This document shows, piece by piece, positions 13,600 to 26,420 of a stretch of DNA of 64,000 nt. Within the stretch, counting starts at the first letter, position 1. The number at the start of each line of letters is the position of its first letter. Location of the stretch: contig JBITNC010000002.1 in the NCBI GenBank assembly GCA_050084985.1, forward strand, positions 16,802,001 through 16,866,000. The letters run 5' to 3'. The notes below the pieces were generated by a model, which saw nothing but the letters and a program-made list of their open reading frames with translations, had not been told where the DNA came from and searched no databases. Source of the stretch: Nageia nagi. Its lineage: Eukaryota; Plantae; Pinophyta. Made by a program: the position numbers and the translations under genes.

Positions 13600-13927
13600 T
13601 CGGTGATGATTTGAAACTACCCCCTTAATATATAAGGGGGCAATTTATATTTCCCATATTAGTATTTAAGGAGATGATTCATAATATCCACCTTATATAT
13701 TAAGGGGATGGTTAAAAATACCACCTTATAGTTTAAGTGGGCAATTAATAGCCATCTTTGTATATCTTTAGGCGATAGTTTATCCAACCATATGCGAGCG
13801 ACTATTAACCGCCACTATAGGTAGTTGACTTTTAGTGATGGGATCATAGGTAATGAATGGATAACCACCCATAAAGCACTATAGGGGTAATTTTAAACCA
13901 CATTGAAAGGCCCTTTTTGGTATAGTG
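13600..13927. mobile_element. Orphan terminus of a CACTA element with palindromic subterminal repeats
   Basis: Ends CCCTTTTTGGTATAGTG (CACTATACCAAAAAGGG on the minus strand); preceded by repeated palindromes such as CCCCTTAATATATAAGGGGG and CCACCTTATATATTAAGGGGA. The partner TIR was not found. Confidence 0.6.
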
Positions 13928-13939
13928 TTTATAACTTAT

Positions 13940-16900
13940 AATCCCATCCCCAATCCATTGCTAACGATAAACTCAAGGCTCTAGTTGAAAAATCACTCCA
14001 CTAACCTGGAATCTAGCTAGAAAATAGATCCATATTACCAACCAAAAGTAAAAAACTACCCAACTTGGTCATTGATAATGCACAACCTCTCATAAAAATC
14101 TTAAAGGCAAGGATTGAGACTTTGATCACTAAAAGATATGAACTTGAGAAGGAATGTTATAAAAAGCATTATGCTACACATGATACATAGGTTAGGAAGT
14201 TAGAAAATGTAAAGATCCATGTACAGGTAAAAATAGAAGATTATTGGTTAGCATGTGCTGATATGAAGATGATAATAAATGAAATCTCTAGTCCTAGCTA
14301 TATAGAGGACATTAATAAGAGAATCATTGATAAGGAGGCCAAATTATCAACATTATATAAGAAGGGCATAACAAGGGAAATACATGATGGGGTACTTTAG
14401 ATGGACAACATATAATTGATCAATCTATTTATTGAAAATATGGACCTTCAAAATCACCCCAACAACATGATTCACCATATTAAGCAAATTTATTTGGAAC
14501 ATACAAAGGACTCAATCGATTAGGAAGCAATGATAAATAAATACTCTAAGGTAAAGAATGCACTTTAAGCTACACAAGGTTGAACTATGATAGAGTTCCT
14601 TCATGATTAGATATAGCAATAGATTATTATTTGGATACAACAATGAGAGGATATTTCAACCAAATACTCTTTTATCTTGGTACCTCTAGATTTCCTAGGA
14701 TAATACTAACTATAGTCATTAACCTCTCAGCTTGACAAAGGAAAATATGAAATTAGTGATTTGATGATGTAGTAGGAGAAAATTTGGTCATCCCATGACT
14801 CAAGCTGAAAAAGAAAAGAATGTAAATACAAAATATAATGACAAGTTCTTTCTTTTTTAATGAAATATAAATTTGACCATAATTCTTAAGTTATAGTCAT
14901 AACTTGCACTAATGGTGTTAATGATAAGTTGTTAAAAATGCGATTACTAAAATAATATCATTAAAGAATCAAAGGAACAAACTAAGAAATAATCAATAGA
15001 AGAGAAAATATGTTAAGTAATGGAAGTTGAAATAAGAAAAATGTATAAGCTTAATTAAGTTATGTTTAAAAATATGTTATGACTTGATATAAAGGTGGAA
15101 CAATCAAAGATTAATTGAAAGTTATTGATATTGGTTCCCTAAAAATCGTTAACAATTCAAGACTTTTTCTAAGTTACAAATGACAAATAAAGGAAAATAC
15201 ATGTGATGTTATCATACCATAGACAAAGAATGTGATGTCATTGATGACCATCATTACAGCTAGTAAGAGTTTACTCACTTGAAAGAAAATCGATAATTGA
15301 TAACCATTAGTGATATTGAAAACATTAACTCATATGTAATGGATAATGCATTTCATTATGTATCTAGTACATTACTCTTTTATACAAATTACCACGCACA
15401 TTCAATCATCATGGAATACTTCCTAAATAAACTACATAAAACAACCTCAATAACTAAAAAAGCAACAATCATACTCCATGAAAAACTACCTTTAGAAGGA
15501 ATCATCAAAATAATTCGAGTCATTGAGAATATAGTAAAAGGAGGATTCAGAGCCTTTGTAAAGTTGACATGAAGAAATTTAGAAGACTAACAAAGAAGAA
15601 TAAGAGAAAGTATTATACATAAAGAAACCCAAAATAAAGTATTACCATAATTGCAATAACCAATAAAAATAAAATATAAAAAGCTAGACTTAGAGGAAAG
15701 GAAATCAAAATTCAAAGACCCAAAAAGAGTAATGATGTCCAAAAATCCTTCTACATCTATAGTCGTACTTGGTCAACCTTAAAGTTGATAAATAAATGAA
15801 GGAAAGAGGTTGCTACTCATGATGGATGCAAATGACCAGGAACTTAATAAGGATAATATGACTCCAAAGTCATCTACACATGGGGAAGATCCATAAGAGG
15901 ATATTTACAAAATAATTACATTTATTATAAATTAATTTGACTATTGAAACATTTTGAGACTCCCCTATGACTTACAAAGGGTAATTATAGAAAAGATAAT
16001 TAAATATAAAGGTTCTTAGGCTTGAAAACTTCAAACACAAGGTGATGACTTACTCATCTTAAGCAATATCTAATAAATATTTATAGAAGATGAATACGAG
16101 TTTGACCTAATAAACTAAGCATACCTTTGTTGGCCATGTGGTAACCCCTAAATTCTTTTGGACTATGCAACCAACATTTGGTGTCAAAACAAATTCAATT
16201 AAATAAATTTTTATTTTTTAGTCCCATCGTATGAAGTTCAGTGGATCATTAAGTGATTACTAAGAGAGATAACCATTTATGATTCCAATAACTACTTCAT
16301 CAGATCCTTCCAACTAGTTCATGGTCCTCCCCTTGGTTATAAGGTGAATAAATTCATCTACACTCATAATCGATTTTAATAGAATACAATGCCACTCTCC
16401 CAAAGAAGAATTAGATATTATGAAGGAAAATTGACTAGAAGATGACACACATAGAAAGGCTCAAGGACAAGCCTTAATATTAAGTTGGGGGGATGTTAGT
16501 AGGAAAGAATTTAAGATATAGAACACATAATAAAAGGTTGATGACTAAAGTTGTTGGCGATGAGTAAAATACTTTTGGATGATGGAACCAATGACCAACT
16601 CACAGGTTCTTTACTAATCAACAATCAGACAAATAATTAAGAAGAGTCACCACCCCAAAGATGAATTATCATATCTATATATTGAAAAGATGATGTTTTA
16701 AGAAGACAAGAGTTAGAGATAGAGAATTAAAAAACAATAATGAATGATATGGACAGTGAATTAAAGAAAATATAGAAGGAACTTTGTAAAGAAAATGATA
16801 TTATAATACTAAAAGTTACTATTATGGAAAAGACTTAAAAATTATTTTTATTAATATAAATCATACCCCCATTACTTTTAATTTGTGTAAGTATATTGTT

Positions 16901-17010
16901 ACTTTGTTATAAGTTAATTCCTTTTTCCATTTCATGATTTCCTTGTACTCCCATTTGTAGGTAAGAACCCTCATGACTGAAATTCTCTTTTATAATTTAA
17001 TCAATCAACA
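13940..17010 (+). mobile_element. 3' portion of a decayed LTR retrotransposon: fossil unknown ORF(s), PPT and probable LTR (16494-~17010)
   Basis: CAAGGACAAGCC..TTAAGTTGGGGGGA|TGTTAG is a typical PPT/LTR junction (TG at 16494); candidate end TCAACA at 17010. Upstream, one frame (13942-14650) reads as protein with scattered stops. Confidence 0.45.
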
Positions 17011-17655
17011 ATATGTAAGGTAATACATATTATATTCTCCTTTATGTTTGATTAACTTTAACTCTGAGGTGAAAGTAAGTTATTATACATATATCTTAAA
17101 TAATCATATCATGAATTTATGAACATGATATTTTTGAAATGAAAATATAATATTTATTAAATAATATCATTTATTGGTAAGCGAGTTAGCTTTCTCCTTT
17201 ATCAAGATATGAGCTTTTGGAATATTCACCTCTTCTCTTTAGGGGGTATAGTGCAAGGCTAATATTACATAAATATTTTCATATTAATGATAATTATTTT
17301 ATAAATTGCTAGAATATATCAATTTTACACTAGATGGTCATTAGGCTTTAGGTGATGAAGACTCATCATTTACTTAAGGGTTGTACTTCATGCCTCTCGA
17401 TAAATAAAACCAACTTCTAACAGATGCTTTCTTTTTCTTTGGTTATATTTTTTATGAAGCTAAATAAGGTTTTGCAAGTTCAATATACATCAAAACCCAA
17501 ACAAACTTCAAATTAATATAACTATAGTACAACACTTAGGTTGTACATTCTTTTATCTTACTTTAATAGGTATATTAACATTAGATCAATATAGTCGACC
17601 AATACTAGAATTCAAATATATTATAAAAATATAAAAGAAATATTATTATAGAAAA

Positions 17656-18181
17656 GAGTCTTTTAACATCCTTTTAACCCATTGGTTTGTTGGACCTACA
17701 AAAGTTTATATAGAAGTAAATATTTATCAATTAAATATTTAAATGATTGATATGATACGTAAATGGGAGTCTTTTAATGTCCTTTTCGACCCATTGATCT
17801 ATAGGACATATATAATTTTTTCCAAAAGTAAATATATATCAATTAAATATTTAAATGATTATTTCTCATTTAAAGAAAAATATTGAAAAATGCACAACTA
17901 TTCCAAGAAAAATAAAATTACTTCCAAGGATAATTGACCATAATCACTCACACCCACCCAATGAAAATAAATCATTAAAATAAAGCTATAGATCTAGATA
18001 AAACATAATATGATGATGTTTGTTAAAACCTCCAAATAGTAACTTATTACCTCTTGCCAGAGGATTTAAGAGCACCCACATTGAATGTCTTAAGTTCTAC
18101 TCTCACATCCTATATTGGCCATATTTAAATCTTCATAGGTTCTACAAACCAATAAGTTTAAAATATGTTAAATGTTGACTT
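17656..18181. repeat. Two direct copies (111-bp period) plus one inverted partial copy of an AT-rich unit
   Basis: GAGTCTTTTAAYRTCCTTTT..CCCATTG at 17656 and 17767; 18121-18181 is the reverse complement of the first ~55 bp of the unit. Confidence 0.6.
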
Positions 18182-18261
18182 TATATTTATTAGTATTTCA
18201 TAAATAATTAAAAAAATATTAATTTAATAAAAATATTAAATTTCTAAATAAGGAGCATTCC

Positions 18262-18490
18262 ATGTTGACCCAACAATAATGAACCCTACAACAAGAATCT
18301 ACTACCAATTCGATAGCAGTGAACCCCACATTAGGATTCCATTGTTGGTTAGGTAGCAATGAATCCTATAATGAGAATTTGCAATTGACCAGACAACATT
18401 AAATCCTATTGCTAGAATCCTCTACCAGCTAAGCAACAACGCATCTTACAATGGGAATATGCTATCGACCCGGTAGCATTGACTCCGTTG
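18262..18490. repeat. Degenerate 40-bp minisatellite (~5.5 units)
   Basis: Units start at 18281, 18321, 18361, 18401, 18441 and 18481 (GAACCCTACA, GAACCCCACA, GAATCCTATA, AAATCCTATT, GCATCTTACA, GACTCCGTTG); exact phase, no indels. Confidence 0.75.
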
Positions 18491-18889
18491 CCCACCCAAA
18501 CTTCTATATTTATGTTATTATTACTTTTATTTAATTTTTAATGCTATATACTACTTTTGAAATATATCATGTATCATGTGTCAAATTTGATATTAAATAA
18601 TTTATTTTCATAATATTGAAAGCAAATCCTACAACATATAACTTTACAATAACATTGAACGTTCACCTATTTGAATCATATATTTTTAATAAATTAATTA
18701 TGAAGTATTAATTACCTTCTAAAGTTTAAATTAAAAATTATTATTATAAAATTTATTTATACATATAAGTCTCACAAATAAGTATTTTAAAATAAATAAA
18801 ATCAAATATATTTAAATTGATTCATTAAGTACATAAAAATATTTTTATTTATTTTAATTTTAACATGTCATTATTGCAAAATATTACCT

Positions 18890-21800
18890 CTAGGCATGTT
18901 TCTAAGTCTAGGGTTTTGGTTTTCCTGTCATAACACTTTTTCTCGTAAGATATTTTACAAGATATTAACTTGATTTGACATTGCATTTACGTCCACCTTG
19001 GGTAGTTCCCTCACCCTTTATTATGGTCACCACTCTTGCCAACTCTTCACTTGATGGTGAAGCAGTTGGAGTGAGCAATGGCACTAGAAAAATGTCCTCG
19101 CAAGTTTTTGTCAAAGGTGCAACATGAGGTAAAGGTTCTATTCCCCAAGCTTTTATTCCTATAGAATATTTTAGTGCTTCTTGCCAATGGTTTGAATTGC
19201 ATACCTTGGTGGTATATTTTCTGGGTAAGATCCCCAATGATTCCATGTTGCGTTCTTAGGTTAGCCAATTTTGGACCTCTTATAGTATTAAGGTAGAAAA
19301 TGTCTAGAACCTCACCAAGGGTTATTTTCTATTTCATTTCTCTAATCTGTGCATGCACAAAAAGTGTTAAATAAAGGATCAAGGATGGTTCAAAATTCCC
19401 TATTAATCCTGCAAAGTTACCATAGAGACTTCATAGTTGATAATAAGGCTGCCACTGAAATCCCAATGTGGGTTGAGTTTCCTTGGTTACCTATTATGTG
19501 TTGGAAGTATTTGCATACCCTAGATAAAACCTTAGGGTCTTTTGTTTACTTTGAAACAAAAAGGTTCTTCTCAGCTTAGCCCTCTTGACGAGTTTGTGTT
19601 AAAGTTGACCTCACTAAGGATCTCCAAGAGTTTATTGCTGTGCATATTGGAGAATTAATTTTTCATAAAAGGGTGGTCTATATCAACCTCCCAAACACTT
19701 GCTATCGCTATCAATCCTTTGCTCACAAGATTCAAGATTGCCCACTTATGGTGGGAAGATTCAAAGAACAAACTACGTCTGCACCCTTAACAGTTGCAAC
19801 CCCAACTGCTTCTGCTAGGGGTGGCAATGACTAATGGCAAGTGGTTTCCAAATATTGCAACCATCCACCTTGTGTTCAAGTTCCAATCGTTTCTCCCCAA
19901 CAACATGTTCTAGCGGAAGAACCATCAATAACCCTTGCAACTATGAAAAACATAGTTATTTCTCAACCCCCCTAATTATCTAGCAAGCAGAGGTAGATAT
20001 TCAAGTTCTGATGATGTCTGAATCCTTTGGTTCCTCCATTTGGTTAGGGCCTTTGTTTGCCTCTATTATCTCTACTCCCCCTTCGACTCAAGGAGTAGAG
20101 GAAAGCCTAAGCTTTCTTGTAGTCCTCATAGGGAGGGCTTTGATGGCTATGTAGATAAGAGACGATAAATGTTCGATACCTATCATTGGGTTGCTTTTTC
20201 TTAAGGGGTTCATTTTACCTCCCTTCATGATATTATTAACACTTTTATGGCCCATTACCAAAAAATTTTTTTTGCTCAACCTCTTACTGATGCTTGGCAA
20301 AAAGTTATTAAGGAGTGTTACTCTATCATACCTCTAAGGCTTTTTGAAACTCAAAGGGATATTTGTGATTATCCTCTTTCTCTTAAGGATCTTAAGACTA
20401 CTCTTTCCCAGATGGATAATGAGAAAGCTCCTAGAATTGATGGATTTATTTATGAATTTTACAAAGAATTTTGGGATTTGGTTGACTTTGATCTCCTTTG
20501 AGTGTACAAGGAATTTATGGTTATTGGCTCTTTGGGCCAGTTAATCAATAAAGGTAATATCAAGTTCATTCCCAAGTAAGGAGACCCTGAGATAATTACA
20601 AACTAAAGGTATATAACTCTATTAAATGTGAGATATAAAATTATTACCAAAGCTTTAGCTCTTAAGATCATATCGTTGCTTCCTTTGATTATTTAGCCTG
20701 ATCAAACATGTTTTGTAAAGGGTCATTATATCTTAGATAATGTCATTGTAGTCTGGGAAGGCATGGAATGGGAAAGAGTCTATGATCAATAAGCATTATT
20801 TATCAAAATTGATTTTAAAAATGCCTATGACAAGATTGAATGGCACATTATCTTATCGATGCTCCAGGCACTTGGGTTTGGCCCTATTTTTCTTCAATTA
20901 GTCTAAATGCTCTTTTGAGATACCTTTATTGTTCTTACTATGAATGGTGTTCGATCCCCTCCCATTACCCTTGCCCGCTTTGTCCTTCAAGGTTTCCCTT
21001 TAGCCCCTTCCCTATTTATTTTAGCTACTAAGGCTTTCAATTATCTTTTGGCACATAAAGTTGAGTAAGGTGTGATTTTAGGAATTGCTTTGCCTAATTC
21101 CCCCTTGCAACTCATTAATGATCATTTTGCTGATGTTTATTTTTCAAATCTTCTTAAAGATGCCTTTAGATTGTTTGAATAATTTTTGTTGTGCCTTTGG
21201 TTCTAGTATTCAATGATAGAAAACTTCTTGCTTCAAACAAGCATCAACACATATGTTTAATTGGCTTAGCCTCTTTCCCTAGAAATGGATTCAACCTAGC
21301 GAAGTATTTAAATTTCTTGGTATTCCCTTTGCCTTTCAGGCTTCCCTTGCTCATATTTGAAACTTTGTTATTCAAAAGATTGAAAAGAAGCTTGGGTATT
21401 GGAATACCAAAAAGCTTTCTCTTGTGGGGACGTACCAAATTTGCATGAAGATCTTAGCTTAGATACTCATGTGTACTATTCCTCTTGTTGGGTCCCTTCT
21501 AAGGCATGCTATTAGAAACTAGACAAGCTTCTTAAAAATTTTATTTAGGCTTTTGTAGCCAAAAGAGAGGCTTCCACAGAGTGGCATGGGACATCTACTA
21601 CCTTCCTCATGTTGCTGGAGGAATGGGCATTTTTTATTATCAGAATCAAGGTTTTTCTTTGTGTGCTAAATGGATAATTAGAGCTTTAGAGGGTGATGAA
21701 GACTGGAATATTATCATTCAATATTGTGTCTACAAGCCTCCCATATGGTAGGAAATCTTGGAAAGGTTTATACCTTCAAATGATTCTCACTACTCAAGTC

Positions 21801-23530
21801 CTTATTAAGATTACTAGTTATTTTATTGCTAAAAGTATCTGGAAGGCCTGGGAAGCCTTCAAACCATGGCTTCAGTGGAATGGGAAGCAAGTTTTTTCAA
21901 GGGCCTCTCTTTCTTCACTAAATGTTTGGTGGTCTCCTATTCTCAAATTTGATGGTTTGCCTTTGGAAAATTTAATGGGTCAGAGCCCTTTGCTTTCATA
22001 GGAAAGGAATTGACTCTCTTAATAATTTTTTTATTCTTAAACCAAGCATTAGTTGCCTTGAGAGCAGTTTCGCAACAAGTTCAATTTGTGAGTAGATGAT
22101 AAAGCTACCTTTGATGTCATCCTTGATAAAATCCCATTTTCCATTTGAAGGAAATTAGGATGACATTTTTAGAATCCTTAGTGGGATGATTGGCGTTGGT
22201 CCAAGAATGTCCATCTTTATAAATTTAAACCTAAATTAGGCTTTCTTTGGTTATCACCTAATGTCCCTATGTTTAAGCATTTAAACAATTGATGAGATCT
22301 TGTTTCCACCCAATCTAGATGGAGTTTAAGATTTTCTATAATCTGGGCCCCATACTTGACCCTAAATAAAGTTTTTTTGCTTGGAGTTTGTTGCATCAAG
22401 GCTTACTTATTGGCCATAGGCTACAACATTTGGGGGTGGCCAACCCAATCTATGCTTTTGTGGGGAACTTGATAGTTTCACTCATATTTTTTGGTCTTGT
22501 TCTAAAGCCTCAGTTGCTTGGAGTTAGATTCTTTCCTTCTTTCAACCTTTTATGGTTAGTCCCTGTTCCTGGGTTCATGTGTTACTAGGAGACCCTATAC
22601 AATTTTTTGAACCCTTGGGGGAAATTTGGCATATTTTTGGCTTAGTATGTTACATCATATTTGGAAATTTAGGAATGATATTATTTTTGCATGCTAGGAA
22701 GCTTCCTCTTCCTTTTCTTTAGCTAATAAATATGTTATTTTCTATGAATGATGGCTACAGATTATTGTTCAAATTTAAAAAGTGAATGTGAAGGTTCAAA
22801 ATCTACATAAATTACTTGATTACTAGGGCAATGCACCCTACTCCATTAGTTAGGTTCCTCCAAAATGAGTTCTTGGTCATTATTCCCAATCGCATGGATG
22901 TTCCTCTCAAACTAGATGCTTCTTTAATGGATGAAATTTTGGTGGACCCTCAAAGAGCCATCACTAGTTGTAGCCTCCCTTAAATAAAAAGTGGAGCCAA
23001 CCATTAGACTCAATTTCTCCTCACCCCCAAAGTGGTTGGGATGTCCACCCTCTACCTTCTGATATAGTTGGTTGGGGTGATGTGGGCATGTCTTCCATGA
23101 CCTAGAGGGGTGGTGTTAATGTGCATGTTATTGAAGTAGAGCATATTGTTCCTAAACCAAAGCATAATGAAGCTTTTAATGCTCCAGATGATGATGGCTA
23201 GCATGCACCAATTGCTGACAACCATGATTGGGATCATCTAGGAATTATGGACAACTTTCACCCACCCCAATCCCTTAATTAAGCTATTACTTATCATGCT
23301 TATGATTATGAGTTGTGTTTCTCTTCGGCTATTGTTACTTGTTTTACTTGGACAATTTTTTAAGGTTGATTTACCAATGGTCTTTTTGTGTTGTTGTTTA
23401 CTATCCTTTTTCCTAACCCGAGGTCAAATTGTAGGGGTTTCTTTGTAATTTATCTATGGTGCTTACTTAGAGGATGTGCTTAATTCCACCAACCCTTTTT
23501 TTGTATGAAAGAGATTTTATATTAATAAAA
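18890..23530 (+). mobile_element. Plant L1-clade LINE, near full length but decayed; endonuclease apparently deleted
   Basis: ORF1 DUF4283/zinc-knuckle motifs (IPMWVEFPWLP, RVCVKVDLTKDL, YINLPNTCYRYQSFAHKIQDCP); ORF2 RT (KAPRIDGFIYEFYKEFWDLV, ITLLNVRYKIITKAL, IDFKNAYDKIEW, HFAD, KFLGIPF); zf-RVT-like LHQGLLIGHRL; A-rich 3' end at ~23521-23530. The ends are approximate. Confidence 0.88.
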
Positions 23531-24072
23531 AGGTCTTTTTCATTTGAAAATAAATACTACATCTATACATTCATTTCCTTCAAATTTCAAATGGAGTGAG
23601 GCACTTTGATAGGGTTAAATAGTTGTTAGCATTTAGGTCTCCTGTCTCAATGGCGTAGATATGAATGTAACTAATCATACAATGAGTCAAAACCTACAAC
23701 CCACTGCCCACTCATGTAAATGTCAAAAAAAAGAAAGATGCTCAATGATTTCCCATGTAAACATTTACACCTTTCAACTTCTTGAAATTTCCACAAAAAG
23801 AGATTCTAAATCGATCATTATTTCTTCTCCTCAGCGCACATTTCACACACATCATTCATTTATTTGGGTGTCTATTTTCTCCTACAAAGGGAAAAACATT
23901 ATATTTGCATTTTTGTCACCATTGTCTCATCTTTCAAAAAGTGGGCTCATAGTGCACACCTCCAAGAATTCAACTTCGATAAAATTGCATTTCATGTTAA
24001 CATGTGCATGCCTTATTCTCCTATAACTTGTGGTATCCTCATCTTCCAATCTCATTCCCATTCCCAATCCCA

Positions 24073-24246
24073 ATGGCTACCTCTTCAAATGTTGTCCTTA
24101 ATATTATCGTAGTATTGTCCATCATTCTTTTCATAAACCCAAACCCATCTCTCTGCCTGTTCATGAGATGCCATCCTCATGAATCTCAAGCCCTTCTCCT
24201 CCTCAAAGCTGCAATTAATGATTCCCAATATGAGATTGTGAGCTAG
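24073..24246 (+). pseudogene. Truncated LRR receptor-like protein/kinase 5' fragment (signal peptide + LRRNT_2 cap)
   Basis: MATSSNVVLNIIVVLSIILFINPNPSLCLFMRCHPHESQALLLLKAAINDSQYEIVS*: a hydrophobic leader, then the C..E.QALL.K cap; TAG falls where the conserved Trp is expected; no LRRs follow. Confidence 0.7.
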
Positions 24247-26169
24247 CAGAGCAAGTTTTGGAAGCACAATGTCATTGATATTTTTAACGAGGTGGAGGAG
24301 AAACTATTTTGAGAATGTTGATAGCATTTTCAAGCATTTCTTTCCTCGGCTCTATGATTGGATAGTGTAAAGGATATTTCTTCAATTTAAATGTAAAAGG
24401 GAGAGTGTGGAAGATATTTTTCTACTAAGTGGAGTTTTGAGCTTCTTTTTTTTTAAATATACATTTTAAATATTACTGAAATGGATCATTAATTATTTTA
24501 AAAATATTTTTAATTATATTTTAATGATAAAAGGTTTAAAGGTTTATAGCTTGCATTTTTAAATGCATTTGGAATTAATTAATACCTTATACATGATGTG
24601 GGAAAAAATAAATTAGATATTACATATTTATTTTATGGTTAAGAGTTGAATGCTACTTGAAGATCATTCATCATGTTCATACAAAGATTTAAGAGTTTAT
24701 AGGTTTGTAATATATAAATTCAATGTTTCACATTCAAATGAATAGTTGACACAAACTATAATTTCAATGAAGGTATATATTCTATACACTTAACCCTTTA
24801 TGAGGTTATTGCATATGACATGGTTGAAAATCTCATATTTATAATAGCTACATTACATAAGAAAGTGATTGTGTAAAATATTGAAACAAGATAATAATTT
24901 TGAGGATGGGATACCAATTAATAAAACCATGAATCTCGTAGTTTATCACAATAGTTAGATAAAAATTAATCCTATGATAAACATATGAATACTCTTACAT
25001 AATTCCCATTCATTATTAGTTTTAAGGGGATACCACATTGGTTAAGTGCATGTCTCTTTTATGGAAGATTATATGTTTGAATCACCTTGTTTGTAGGAGT
25101 ACTTGTCACGCATGTGTGATTGATTTGAATGTAAAAAAGGTTTGGGGACCTTTCAAAATCCTCATGACCCTTAATAAAAAAAAAATCCCATTCATTACAA
25201 AGTTACTAGCTAAAATACATGTAAATTCCATGCTCGATATTATCATAATAATAACTCATACTAGCATAAGCAATATAATCTAAGAATAAAAGTTAATAAT
25301 GAAAATAGCTAAGAGTTATTACTACTTCAAGGGGAAATATTTAAATTAAGCTATAAATTATAATGATGATCATGGGCATAGGATCATACTCCTATTTATA
25401 AGCAAACATAGCTAATGCACTACTCCTATGGTTTATAGTTGACATTCTAGATGATGAGGCTAAAGTAATAAAATAAAAAGTAGATGTATAGCTATGTGCA
25501 TGTCACAACATACTTCATCCTATACAAAAATATATACTCAAAGCTTACAACTATGGAAACTCCTTTGTTAATTTTTACTTCCTAAGTTGTATTCTCTTCA
25601 AATATATCTTTCTATTTGATAAGTGATTGTTTGACTTTCTAGTTCCTTAGCATCCTTGAGTGGTCATCAAAAATTTAGTGTAATCTTTTCCTCTTCGATA
25701 GGTTCTAGAAGTTTTATTTTCAATTATACATATTTATATGATTTAATTTAAAAAAATACCATACCACCTTTATTAAAGATTATTTTTATTTTATGTTGTT
25801 CATTTGTTGTATCATACCTCTTTGGGTTATTGATCTAAAAGTTTTGGTAGCCTATGATTGCCCAAGACTCATTGCATACAAATTATTCACACCTAAACTT
25901 CAAGTGCTTGCAAGTAAAACACCCATCAATCACACAAAAAGATTGATACAATTATTTACCTTGGGGAAACCAATGTAGAAAACCCCCAATGTAGAGTATT
26001 GTGATAAAGAAGTAGTGAAGCCTTGATAAAATGAAAGAGAAAATCTATTCCAATGTTACTTGATCTTATATTCAAAGTTAGGTAGTTAAGTTTGACAAAT
26101 TTTTGCAATGAAATTTCAAATTTGTTGGATTTGATTTTACTGTAAACAAATTTGTTGAATATTTAATTA

Positions 26170-26420
26170 AATTCACCATAATCGTAAAAAGGTTTTATCC
26201 CAAACAAAACTGTACTAAGCGCACTCATGATAATGTGCATGAAATCTAACAACATTATCATGCCTAGAAAGTTTTTGATCTTATGACCAAATATGATGCT
26301 TCAATGTGGATATCCATGATATAAACTTACTAGATGTGTGGACCCAACAAAGAAGTCATAGAATTTTTAGATCAAATGAAAAGTTCGAACATTTGCTAGC
26401 ATTCTGCTGACTTGTGCAAC
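26170..26420 (+). pseudogene. PLS-class pentatricopeptide repeat (PPR) gene fragment
   Basis: With frameshifts and stops it reads PNKTVLSALMIMCMKSNNIIMPRK/FDLMTKYDASMWISMI*TY*MCGPNKEVIEFLDQM/TFASILLTCA, matching the PLS consensus (ALI.MY.KCG...AR.VFD.M...D...W..MI..Y...G...EA..LF..M...TF.S.L.AC). Confidence 0.7.

Noticed and set aside
18262-18490. CRISPR-like 40-bp periodic array
   Set aside because: No invariant repeat and no unique spacers; whole units are mutually similar.
23661-24112. Overlapping ORFs 23661-24026 and 23864-24112
   Set aside because: No recognisable motifs; the composition fits promoter/UTR sequence upstream of the LRR stub.
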